The notes under the pieces: generated by a model | Databases searched by the model: none | Told to the model about the DNA's origin: nothing | The model's input: the letters and a program-made list of their open reading frames with translations, nothing else | Made by a program: the position numbers and the translations under genes | Assembly: GCA_002633005.1 (NCBI GenBank) | Contig: NMRA01000510.1 | Coordinates: 125,438-189,437, forward strand | From: Phoronis australis | Lineage: Eukaryota; Animalia; Phoronida | Direction: 5' to 3' | Length of the DNA stretch: 64,000 nt | Shown: in pieces, positions 48,344 through 61,500 of the stretch | How positions within the stretch are numbered: the stretch's first letter is position 1 | Layout of the letters: the number at the start of each line of letters is the position of its first letter

Positions 48344-49513
48344 TCATAAGAAACGCACAAGAAACAGGGCCATTAGCATACAATGCGAAGTTCCCACGAC
48401 AACAGCCGATCCCTTGCCACCTTCTTTGCTGGGTCGCGATCCCAGTGACGTCAGGCCGACGTTATACGTAACACTGTTCGCCACTTTGGTCTTCTCCGGA
48501 TCATTACAACCCTGGTTTTTCGTCATACCATAGCACGGTAGTTTGTCAGCATCGAGTTCATTCAGTCGCTGAGACTGGAATCGACGAGGGGCATGGCATT
48601 TCACCGTGGAGAGGTGGTGAGGCGCCGCCTCTGATATAACCCACGACATCCGGCAATCACATGAAAAGCGGTTGCCAGAGAAATCAAAGTTCACGCGACC
48701 ACTCAGTCTGTCGAAGGTTGAGCAGTTAAAGGTCGTCAATTGGTTATCACGAAATGACACATTGACATGCTGGTTTGCACCGAGTCCCTCAAAAGCTCTT
48801 GGTTCAATTTCTTGTACTGCACTGCTGTCTAACTTTATCAAACCCACATTATTCAACCCTAGAAAAGCCTTTTCTTCGACTCGACGCAAAATTCTATTAC
48901 CTGTCAAGTATATTTTCGCGATATTCTCCGTACCACTGAACATATTCGAGGTCACTTTGGTGATCGCGGTATTCGACAGAACTAGATCCACGACATTAGA
49001 GAGACCTCTAAAAGCATTGGCATGGATGTGCCTCAACGGATTGACGCTTAAGACCACGGATTGTATATTTCCACTTCCCGCAAACGCGTCGCTTTCAATA
49101 GTAGAAATTCGACATCTCCTTAAAGAAAGTAACGACAGATTTTCAAGACCGCTCATAGAATATTTCACCAGCTTAGCAATGTTTGATTTCGTAATAGCGA
49201 TCTTGTTTCCATTGAAACCACGAAATGCGTGGGGTTTGATGTCCAGAGGTCTTTGCGTACCGTCTATGAATATTTCTCGCAAGCTTGGGTAACTCGCAAA
49301 TGCATTTGCTGGGATTGTATCCAGTTCATGACAGTTCTCCAGTAACAACTTAGTAGTATTTGACGATAGAACAGGCAGCGCATTTACGCCAACGCACTTT
49401 ATTTCGTTGTTTTCACATCTACAACCAAATGGACAAGTTGACTGAACGGAAACAACAACAGCGCTCCAAACGAGCAACAACCACGTGAAACTTCCAGATC
49501 GTCGAGCCACCAT
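48344..49513 (-). CDS. Secreted, probably GPI-anchored leucine-rich-repeat protein (LRRNT, tandem LRRs, LRRCT), 389 aa
   Basis: Intact ORF with a signal peptide (WLLLVWSAVVVSVQS), LRRNT CPFGCRC, repeated LxxLxLxxNxIxxIxxxAF, LRRCT GNRFSCDCRMSW..CHAP and a hydrophobic C-terminal tail without a cytoplasmic domain. A splice acceptor (ttccag) sits 6 nt before the ATG. Confidence 0.9.
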   Translation of the reverse strand: MVARRSGSFTWLLLVWSAVVVSVQSTCPFGCRCENNEIKCVGVNALPVLSSNTTKLLLENCHELDTIPANAFASYPSLREIFIDGTQRPLDIKPHAFRGFNGNKIAITKSNIAKLVKYSMSGLENLSLLSLRRCRISTIESDAFAGSGNIQSVVLSVNPLRHIHANAFRGLSNVVDLVLSNTAITKVTSNMFSGTENIAKIYLTGNRILRRVEEKAFLGLNNVGLIKLDSSAVQEIEPRAFEGLGANQHVNVSFRDNQLTTFNCSTFDRLSGRVNFDFSGNRFSCDCRMSWVISEAAPHHLSTVKCHAPRRFQSQRLNELDADKLPCYGMTKNQGCNDPEKTKVANSVTYNVGLTSLGSRPSKEGGKGSAVVVGTSHCMLMALFLVRFL

Positions 49514-52500
49514 TTTTATCTGGAAGAGACAAAAGGCTTCGCATTAAACAAGGATTGGGGAAAGCACACAACAAAACCTAGCAAGTACAGTGAAGAAAAA
49601 CAGTCTATAATAACCTTAGTGGTGGAAAAGCTGCAGTGAGTTACTTCAGTTACAGTTGAGTGTAGTCTACCAAATTCCGGTCATATTGGCAAATTGTGCG
49701 TCATCGAAACTTGTCACTGATAGCCATTTGAAAATGAAATGAAGGTTGAGAAATTATAGATAAAATCCCCAGGCAAGACTTTTCATTTAATTTCGAGAGC
49801 ATAGACATCAAACGATATTCACTTCAAGCTCTTATAAAATTTCACAGACAACTTGAATAGGCATTCTGTACAGGCCAATGAGCTTCTAGACCTCACGTTG
49901 ACAACGTAAAAATCATCAATAGTTACGTATTCCTTCCGCTAGAATTTATTCCCCAAATGCATGTATATCGACAGGGGATATCCGAGAGAGAACCCGCCAC
50001 GGATCTGCACGTTTGGTATTGTACAAGTCGGAAAGATGTCACTATTTTCCCAATTTTTGTTCTTTAAAAGGAACGTCAAAATATTTCAAGGTTGATCACT
50101 GCCCAGACATAATGTTTTAACATTAAAATTCGCTTTCTGAACGGTTTTGTTACATTTTGTATCGATCAGCACTCATGAAACAAAATATAAAACAGGTTTT
50201 GCCAACAGAATCGTAGTTAGAGTTCTCTCATAGTACACAAAGGGAAACCTTCAGCTTCAACAGCCACAGCTAAATGAAGGTGGCGACAATATAAATTTCT
50301 GTAAGAATCCCACCACTTTTCCCGAAAACTCAAGAGCTCTTTTGTGGCACAAACCCACATCGGTAATGGGGTTTCTGAAAGACTCCTCAGGGGACTCGTT
50401 CAGAAATCTCCGATACTGGTGGAAGTTAGCGAGTTCCTTTCCGATTTTTCGGTAACTATTTTCCACGGCGGCGACTTGCGCCTGCGCAACAACAAACTGA
50501 AACCTTCTCTCACGATTACTCAGGATAACAAGGCGTACAGAAAAACAACGGAGTTTGCACTAAAAAGAACAATTTCGCAACTCATTCCCTCCAAACCAAA
50601 CTATTGGCCCCCAAACAGTTTCGCCTCTCAACCACCACTATCATGTTAGATGGGAATAATTGCACCCGAGGGGATTGGGGGATGGCGACAGAGGCAACTG
50701 AAATCACGAGGGCCTTAAGATTTCTCGTAATCTAAGGCCCCGAGAAAACTAGTCATAGAAAAGGCCGGCACTGAACCAAGGTATGCACACAAGCCCTGGT
50801 AAAAGGTTGCACGTACATTGCGTAACGCTACGCAATAACTATACATGTACCGCCAGGAAGTCCGGCTTACTTCCTAACTCCACACTAGCGTGTAATCTTC
50901 GCAAAAAGATGATTTTTGAGCTGACTCACGAATGGGCGATTTCCAAGACATGTCAGACAAGCCAGTCTTGTTGCCTGATGACGGTACCAGAGAGACATTA
51001 CCAATGGCAATATCCTCCTGAAGCCAAGTGTGTTTGGGGCCACCTTGAACGTCCCACATGATTACGGATTTGAATTATCGGGAAAGTCAAATCGTTAACC
51101 AGCCTGGATGTGTACCGCCGTCTCCAACCGATCAGCTCTTGCCAATTGGAATTACTTTCTCCAAGATTGGAACACCACCACCAAAAACTAAACAAGACGT
51201 AACACGTTCAGTGAAAAGGTCATGACAAAGTTAATTATTTTGGGCGCACCCACTTCTCCCGCTCTAAGATTTTAGTACATATCTTGTCAGGCGTGCCGAT
51301 TTCACCAGATGCTGACAGCGTTCGGTGACGTAATCTTCATTTTCTAAGAGTCTGTTAGAGATTCGTAAATTACAAAAACTAAGCAGTTGTTGTGTATAAA
51401 TTATGTAGGTTGACCTTCGCAGGGCTGCTTCTTCACGTGTCCCGGTCAGATTACTTCTGATGTCGAGTCCTAACTCTCAAGAGTTACGAGTCAAAAGTTG
51501 ACGTCGTGACACCCAAAGGCGCGCCCGAATTCGTCGTACGCGATTACTACATTCACACGCGGTCAAGGAAATTACGACAGAAAACAAAGCCGAAGAGACA
51601 ATTAGTGAACGCATGGGCTGCACTTCGCCAGCAGTTTGTGATTGTAAGAAGGTAGAAACCACGGTGACCCCTTTCAACAAAAAATCTGTCACCGGAGGCA
51701 TACAGAAAACGAAAACATGAATGAAGCTCTGAGAATGAAGTGATACCGTGCACAACACGTGAGTATCAAGCACCGCTGTTGACACGACCTCTCATTTCAA
51801 CAAGCTCCCGTTACTGCGGTTGAACTTTCCATCTCTATAACAAACAACAACAGTCTTCCTAATCACATCATTCACATGGACAATGTCCGCTGTCAAACGA
51901 ACCAACGAGTCTATCACTCAGAGACGGAGATATTCCGATGAGCTCACAGTTGTTAAAAGGTTATCGCTGAAGAAAGTTTCCAAGTCATTCAACGGGAGTA
52001 CGTCATTACAACAGATTCAATTGGTTGAATTTGCACTGCACATCAAGAGCACTTTGTAAGCATTTGCAATCTTCAATTCCCGTCTAAACTATAGTATTTA
52101 TCCAATTCACTACTTGTGCACTTTGGTGGCGCTGCAAAAACGATAGTTGTGTACAATGCCTCGTTTTATCATCAGATTTAACAATGCAAACGTGAAAGCG
52201 CGCGTGCAGAACCGTTTATAATTTGGACACAACACATCGTTTTCAAGCACAACGGCGAATTCGTGCAAGTAGTTAACACCACATCAAACATGCTTTCCGT
52301 CGTTTTGACCAATGAATAAAGCAAAAGTTTCATCGATGGAAAGATGTCAGTAAAGTACGCACACTTCGTAATTACACCCGCTGTTCGTTTGATGCTATCC
52401 GTTTATTGAGATCCATTACCAGAAATTAACAAAATCAAACTTAAAAATACGTATAAACTGCGTTTATTTGAAAAGATCTGACGTCACACTGAAAGAAAAT

Positions 52501-55500
52501 CCTTTGGAAACAAATGCTTTAAAAATTATATCAAAATTGAAGTAAAAAGACACGTCTTTACTAACAAAAACAGCGACCACATGAAATTACATTAACATTT
52601 ACACGGATGTCGCAGCAAACAAGTCTCTGACGTCATAAGTAAGGTTTAGGAATTCTACGGACATTGAACCCCTTACCGCTCAAATGTTCCCGGAACCATG
52701 TGCTGAGTGACGAATTCCGAATTGTTGCTCTGACGACATGCCGATAAGGCAGAAGACGTCGGGAAAATAGGGTACCACTATAACCCTGTCGCTGTCATCG
52801 CGGAATTTTCCAGCTAATAGTGTTATCTTTAAAATTGTTTTCCATTGCGTGTCACAAAAAGGTTACATCTCATTGTGGTTTCTTGAAAAACCGAGAAAAT
52901 ACCACAGCTTAACAAAACGAAGCTTTATAGCTACATAAGGTAATATGAAAATTCATAAAAGATTGCAGAAAATTCCGCAAAAATTAACGTCTGGTAACCT
53001 TTTCAACAAACAGATGTTACCTAGACAACCTTACAAAACTCAAGAGACATTATGAACTGCCAATCATTGACCAAAACCTGCTAATGTTAAAGGGAATTTG
53101 AGCACACAAGTCAAAGAAGTCACGAATTTACCTAGCAAATTCCAAGCAAGCTGTCCGACACCGATATCTGTAGTTAAACAATAACTGACCACACCAGTAC
53201 AATAGACACAGAAAACTGACTGTAATGGCTGTTTTATGGTAAATTACGTACCAGACTCCAGAACGGTTACGTCATCAGCTTCCGTGCATTTAAGGTGCTT
53301 ATTTGTTACGTAATGCAATCACAGGCATAGTTGTTCTCAATCAAATGACCCAGTACAAATATTATTGCTGCGTTCCTTTTGGAGAACAGGTTATTCTACG
53401 TCAAATTTGGAAACTTGAATATTATTCGCGTTGGCTTTCACGTGCAATTCACAATAGGACTTTTGTGAGGATTCATTACCTGAATTCAGGGCAGTATTCA
53501 CGGTTCCGTGCAGCTGTTATGAAAAACAAACACAGTTAATATCCATAAATAATCATTTAGAGTCTATAAATGTTGCTGACATGCACCAAAGAGTTCGCGG
53601 TCTATAAGACTATTCACTATTCCACCAGGCTGTCAGTGGCCATACGTTCTGACATTGTTCCTACCAAAATACGAACTTGGTGTATGACAACAACCACGGA
53701 ACTTTTAGCACTTTCAAGCAGGCGAAAGCAATAACGAAGATATTACAACGAACGTTTCTCACGGGATCATGGCCGGATTAGAAAGAGACGTTTCCTGTTG
53801 TTAAGCTATACAAACCTTTCCTCCACCCACAGGCGGATCTAGGATGTCCTAACAGGCGGGAGCACCTACAAATTTCGAAGGAAAATAACGATGTACGCCC
53901 CAAAAATATCATGCTGACGCATTTTTGGCCTTGTCTACAGGAGGCGCCCCCTGCATCCCTCCAAACTCACATGTGCTATCATATTGACAGCACACACTTC
54001 ATCATTGCTTTTTGCTGCAAATTTGCACTAGAAATATACGGGTGAGAAACAACATGACCGCCGAACCCAAAGCATAACCACTATTAAATAGCCAAGTACT
54101 AAAACTCAGCAATGAAAACGGGTGTTAGCCGCCAGTTACTTGATGAAAGGACCTAATTCAACAACGAAGACGGGTTTAACATTTTATACCTATTAGCAGT
54201 GCTATGCGGTCATCGTGCCCGTGTCGTACTTCAATAAGAAATATTAAATATATTTAAAATAGATCATCTCATCAGTGTTGATTAAAGGATAACCGAACGA
54301 GGAAAATAATAGATTCTTTTAGTCGAGTTCAGTGATCGCAGGCCAACATTTTAGAATTGCAACAATAAAATACAAACTGAAATTCTATCATAAACGGATA
54401 ATTATTTATTAACCAAAGTTCATCACCTGTCTCCAGGCGTATCATGACTGCAACGTAATACGACAAGCATCACACTACCATAGACTATACTATCTATGAT
54501 AACTACCAGATGGCTTAGCATCGACTCGCTAACTCCCCAAACAAAACATGTTACAATCAGCACGGCAGTAACACAAACATGTCAGAGTAGTTTACCAGTT
54601 TTATACCTGGGGTTTCCTATTGATCGCCATCGCTTTACCTCCACCAGTCAATAGTCGCGACACGCTTTTGGTTTGCTGAATACTTTTTTAACTGCTCGAT
54701 CATTGCTTCGATTCAAAGCAACTGAATTCGGTAATTCAGTCGTCTAAATTATCCCTTGAACCAGTAACAACCAATGAATTAACGTACATGTAGGGCCGAC
54801 CTTGAGGGCGGCCAGCCTTATTAAAAATGCATAGCAATTAATAAGCAGTCTGCAATAGATTTGTTTGAAAATTGATATGAACAACACAGAGCAAAACGTT
54901 TGATTCTGGAATGTGAATTGTGTAGCACGAAAACGTTACGTTCGAGAAGCTCACCGTACGACTACTGCTATTTTTGTCAAGTGAACCAGAAAACGTAATG
55001 ACATGTGGTCTAACTGAACGCACGCGTACACTAAGTTTCACGAGTGCAACAAAAGTACGACAGAAAGCAGAGTTTTCAACCAGTCCAAACAGCGCGAACC
55101 ATCTGCGCAGGACAGAAATCTGAGCGCCGCCGATGACATGTAGTGGCGTGTCAATAATTAAGTATTATTTGCATAAGATATTAATTTCAGCTGATGTGCC
55201 TCTAACAAAAGGAGGCGAAAAACGAGATAGTACGTCTGCACCTCACGGCATTGTTTAGAAGGGTTAAAAATCGATACAGTTAGCGCCAGCCGAAGCGGAC
55301 AAAGAATTAATGTGGTTAGGTTCACCTCAGTGCAAACAATTGAGAATTACAGTAAACAATCAAGAAGTCATTGAACTTCGAGTCAAACCGAAATGATATA
55401 TGGCATTCTTTCACAATTTATGTTTCACAGAAACACATATTCTTCGTAAAGTTCGCTCCAAAATAAAAGAAATCGCACACGAAGAAAATCGAAATATATG

Positions 55501-58500
55501 TTCGCGCCTAAATGCCCGTAATTTATGAAGCGCCAAAGGGTTCTAAAACAAGAACCTTTCTGCGCATAGAAATGTGTTAGTACACGCGTACTTTAGACAA
55601 GATTCTGTTTCCGTTACCAACAAAAACATCGAAACCATTAGCGACTTGAGAGAACGCATTTAAGAATTTGCGGATATGCCGCTGTACGCATTGCCAAGAA
55701 TTTGAGTTACCGGCTCATGGCAACAATTCGATATGGGATGAGCGGTAGTCAGGATTTTAAAACCCAAAGCGCTTCGACTAAGAATTCAACATTGACAGCC
55801 AAACAGTGGCGAAACGTCCCTTAACAACAGGAATAGGCACAAAGATTTCACAAAAGGAATCAGGCACTCGTCAGCAATTTCCCTCCAGAATAGAGCAAGT
55901 CAGAACATGTTGCACATCAGAATCAGGAAGACATGTACTTACAGACGGCATCACTCAAATTTCCACGCAGCTAGTGAACAATTAGAAGCTAAACGTGTTC
56001 AAAGCAGGACGACTGACGCTTTGCCAAACAGTCTACCCGCTTTTAATTTCACGCCGTGCGATTCAGTACACAAACTATTTATCTAATATTAGCAAGAGCA
56101 AGCATCCAACAGTCGCGGTATCATTTCACGCCATTCTCCCAAGGAAGAGGCATACAAAGCAAAAGGACGACAGTTTTAACACTAGCGGTATCAGAGGGTT
56201 ATCACAACACCTTGTTATTTTTGAAAGTAATAACCATTTTGTCAAGTGCCAATCATCAATACTGGTGTATATAGATAGTAGACGCCGGGGTGGTCATTAC
56301 TGAATTAGTACACATGTCTCAGGAAAATATGACACTAGTGTTCTCGTCAACTGAGATTATGCCATAAAAATTTTAGATCCAACCGGGGCTGTCACGATCT
56401 GTGTGTCACGGCCATACGGCCAAAGGCATATTTTGTAACTACACTAATTTTAGGATCAGCTGCTGTCAGTCAATGAAGGAACAGATTATAGTGTTCAACA
56501 CCCAGAACATGACAAAAGGCAAATAGTTTGGTTAATAGTATGTCGAGAGGTCATGTCTTGCCAGAACGGGATGTCAGTGCTTCACACCAATAAATTAACG
56601 TCTACTCAAACGCAAAGAAGGAAGAACACACAGGAATCCGAATCAGGCTAAAACACTTGAAAACTTTTTTCACATTAACTTGAAGTGGGCAATCTTCATA
56701 GCTACGTGCGCTACATTGGAAACAACCCTCTCGTGTCACTGGTTGACGCATGAACTGAGTAACGGAAATATGACTTCGTTTTCGATTGGTGCCTACAATT
56801 TAATTAAGCGAATGCACTGAGTGCAGGCACTGGGTAATTATGTTACATAATGGGATCATTAGACTTGACGCACACGAGTCTTATCGCAAGAACTACTGAA
56901 CAGATGGTCCACATGAGGGTAGTATTTCAACTGAAGTCCAGGAACAGTCAGCCACTGAGGAAACCCATAACCCCAGGTCATAAGAACCCGTCTCATACAT
57001 TTAGGATGTGTCCACGATAACTTCCCTCTTCAAGCGTCTGATAAATATAGTGCTATGAATCACCTGCGTTTGTCGATACCTTCAACTGGTTTTTAATAAT
57101 GTAAGTATGAGGCCTCATACACGCGGAATGTAAATTTACATTCTCCTTCCTCGAGTCTATGGTGGACATCAGATGACAAGTTAACATATAAGTCTTCTTC
57201 TGCTGTGCGAGTCCTGGGGAGTAGTCATCTGTTTTAGGGAAGGGTGTGAGGCTGTGCTTCCAAACCTGGGGCAATACTATTCCAAGTACTAGAGTTGTGC
57301 CCCATGTCATACCTATTGGATAAGGCTCACAAATGACCCAACTAAAACCTCGTGGACGATAAGTTTGAGTATTGGTTGTAAAGTGACGTCGCAGGAATTG
57401 CCAAACTTAAATTCACGTCAGTACTAATACCCAGCAGGCGGGGCAGCACTGAAAAATGTGGGAGGCTAAAGCCCCCAGTCCCCCTATGGTGCGCCGCCCA
57501 TGAACAAAATTTATAGCAAATAAAAATAGAAATCCCCATTCCATTTTTATACATAGTTAATCTGAACTCATACTCCTAGTTTAGATCTGAATGGTGAAAA
57601 ACCAACTTACCATGTATACGAGAAAATTTAAAAACAGCTACACATCTAGGCTGTGACACCTCCTTTCTATATGGCCATTAAATTGACGCTTCCATTCCCG
57701 GTTGTGAGTTTTAACTTCTCCTCAATCAACTCGCTAAATACCTTCAACAGCCATGTCCAATAATGGGTTTAATGTTTGTACAGTCTTTTAATTGTTGACA
57801 TTTCAATAAACTACCAGCAACTCTAGGCACAGACTTATCTGTGGACGGGTGGAGGCGTTAACATAAACAAATCCCCGATAAGCTTGAGTGGCGAAAGTCC
57901 ATAAACTTGCAGCCAAATAAACGATGATGAGTATATTTTTACAAGCTTGTAGAAATGTAAGGACATTACAAACTCTGGCAAAGCCAATCACCAATACTCG
58001 AGGTATAACCATGACGAAGCGAAAGACGATCAAGAAAGCGAGGGTAGGCTAACTCCTGAAATCGCATTTCACCAATGAAGACACCGAGTCATTGAAACTG
58101 TTGTTGGGGGAACCAAAACGAATGTTGTGAGTTTCACTCATCATGAAACAAATTGATAACTTACCATTCCATAGTGTTTTAATTTACTTCTTCGAGATGT
58201 CAAATATAAAACTCAAGTCCCGGCAAACCAAGCCCAATGTTATTGCCTTCACTCAGGGCAGACTCGGAGTTCAGTTCACGTCTCGACTATGGCCAAACAA
58301 AACCGACAACTGTTTTTGAATGAAAAATGAAGAATTGTTACCGAGACACACCAGCCTACGTTTCGACGCTAGCATGACTCAATATTTCCAGCCAACAGGG
58401 GTTAAATACAAGTTATCCGGTTATCACACAATATCGACAATCGTGACTAACCGCCGGCGCACTAAAAAGTCGTTCAAGCAAGAGCACAGGTGATTCCGGT

Positions 58501-61500
58501 TTGTTGATCTCTAGCAATTTGTCTCATGCGAATAACTTTGAGACGTTTTTTTATCTAAGTTTTGAATACTAATACAACAACTTACATAAATTAGTTGCCT
58601 TGTGTTGTGATTTGCGATTAATGAACACCTAGCATAGCGATTTCAAGGTTTTTCTTCTGAAAAAATGCGCACCGCCTGACCGCGCTCTAATGTTATTGAA
58701 TTGTCTGCTGTCAACTTGTCGAGTGCGGGGGTTAACCTCCGCTAGAGTAAACATAATAAGGTATTTATGAATACTGTGCCGCAGTAGCGGCATACCCACC
58801 TAACAATATATTCTAAAGGCAGGTTTATTAACTTAACAATAGAGACAGGCGGTGAGCTGATTTATAAGTCATCGCCTTCGGATTTTACTGCCTTTGTTGA
58901 TGGAACAACACATCGATGGAGGGTTACCTCCGACACAGATACATGTATTATCAACTCGGGTTGACCTACACTTAGTGATTTAAAACGAATCGCATAAAAC
59001 ATTTACGAATCCTGGAATGTGTGTACATCTTTCATTCCTGAAAAGTTGGCCAGCCAAAAAGATATCAAGGGCATTTAAAGTGACATAAACGGCGGACAAT
59101 GAGGAAGCATGAATGAAATACTCAAAAGTAGAATAGCCTTTACACGAATTTATCTCAGACGGCCTTCACAAAGCCTGTCCTTTGAAAATACTTGTTTCCT
59201 TACGTGAATATACTTGCTTTGCTTTTCCAGTGTTTTCGCAAAAATCTGCGAGGTCAACTTGACCCTCGACTGTCGCAAACTCACAAAATTTCAACGTTCA
59301 AGCATTATTTCCACATTGGTCTGGTAATAGTTACCCCCAAAATTCCTTTGTTTAGCAGTTATGATTTTCAGCTAATCGGGGTTTCAAAGCGAGTTGAACA
59401 CATGATTTAGGAAAGCAAGTTTTGTTTAGAGGACTAGTTATGTCGCCGACTGGTCGAGATCATTCGTTTATTAAAGAATTGAAATGTTAGTCACAGACTA
59501 AAAACATCAGAAGCTTTTTAAAAACAATTTTAGATTTACCAATCAACCAAAAGTAAGCACGAATGTTGAGATATTTATGGGAGATTAATCTTTCGGCCTC
59601 GGCAGGAAGGACTTCGATCAAAATACTAACTGCGTTATATAGCCTCTATTTAAGCATAGTAAGCCTAACCTAAGAACGTGACAGTAAATGTAAATAATAA
59701 AGTTTGATAATAAACTGTAATGAAACTATTTCACCAAGGTGGAATGTCAGTCCAAGTGTCGGTGAAAAGACAAGACCTTGAGTGTTTGACACAAACTAAC
59801 CCTACCGCAGGGCGGTTTTTGTCCGGGGCACTCCATCCTCGTCTAGCATTAAGTATATCTACTTCCTGTTAAATTCGAGTAAAAAATATCGGATACTAAC
59901 CCGACATTTACTCCAACTGCGTTAAAAACAAGTGACTGTTGATGACAGACAAGATAAACACATTCAACCAAAGAAAAAGTTTAATATGACGCACAATTAC
60001 GCCTCGTCAACGGAATAAGGTTACCCTGATCCCACTCAGTCAGTTTTGCATGACGCATTCACAATAAAGATATTGCCTCGGTCGAACTACAAATCTCCAG
60101 TTTCCCCATAAACTAAAGAAGTACACCGTGACAATATCTGACCTGGATTGCATAAAACTTCAAAACTTATCCGCTGGACCAAGTTCGATTGTTGCGTAAC
60201 GTTAACTGTATTGTTCGAAAATAGCAACCTAACGCGTGGAAATGCGACTTCATTTTTGCTATCGATCATACAAGTTTTAAACAACCGGCTTCTGACGTTT
60301 TAAATACATAGAATTTGGAGAACGCTTTCTTCGATGTTGACCGTTTGTTAACGGGAAAATAACTTGCAATACCAATTTAGGTGTTTCATCTAGTGCTTAA
60401 ACCTATTGACTGGGCAATAGAAAAATGCAAAGTAAATTTCTATTATGATTGTCACCTTAGGTTTAGAAACAATAAAACTTCTATATTTGTGACTGCAAAA
60501 TGACTACAGACCGTCAGACATAAGTCAAAATTTAGGAAACTTCTTTGCACAGGCAGTCCAGCTCTCGATGCAGCCATCGGCAGAGTGGATCATTTTGCAT
60601 GAGCTTTTCAGACTACAGAACCCTCCACAATTGCTCCTAATTTCAACATAATCCTTTTGGGTATCAAATGTATATGAACATACGTGTACATTCATCAGCA
60701 GGCTATAACGGTATGGAGTGAATGCTCGAATGGCAAATAAAAAATGAGACGCATTCTTCACTATAATATCCACTGAAGGGGAGTTAGTGTAGATTTCATC
60801 AACGATAAATTCTAAAGACATGTAGGAGGTCAAGCAACTTTGACTATAGAAATAAGGACTAGTTTCACTGTAACTCGATGAACAACATTCCACAGACAAA
60901 CGTCATCATTACCTACTGAGTGAAAAAGAAAACGCTGCCACCAGCCTAGTCTGAACTACTCAATTCGTTTTACACCAGGCCACTAAAGTCTATTATATTT
61001 TTATTTGCGATGTATGCAAACGAAACAATACAAAGACCACACGCCGAATTAACTCTGAAGTCATTGGGCATCGATTACCGTTATTCAAATTTTACGATTT
61101 ACAATTTTCAGAAAAAAATATTTTGTAATAATAAAAATCTAGTTCTAGCCAAAGTATCGAAGTTCGAAAACATAGTAAATTTTTATCCTAAAGACTGGCC
61201 AAAGAGAACAAAACTTACTGAGAGCAATATCATAAGAGTATTCCAATTCCCTGTCGCACGTCGAATGTCAAAAATTCAAGAACAACTTAATTTAATAACC
61301 CTTAGTGTCGTTTGTCCTTCCGCCTCGATATGACTCATTGTCGCGTGTAACGTCAATTCGTATAAAACACTAGGGTTCACATTGTAGCCACATTCTTTTG
61401 ATACGCAATGAAAGTATGTTTTGTTTGTTGAAGGAAATTACTTCTTCATATTTAAAATTAAATTTTCATCTTTGGTGGTATCCAAAAATGAGTCACAAAG

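Noticed and set aside
48672-49292. 206-aa plus-strand ORF
   Set aside because: Antisense shadow of the LRR CDS with no independent motifs.
50710-50741. Short GGGCCTTA...TAAGGCCC hairpin
   Set aside because: Too short to distinguish a MITE footprint or regulatory hairpin from chance.
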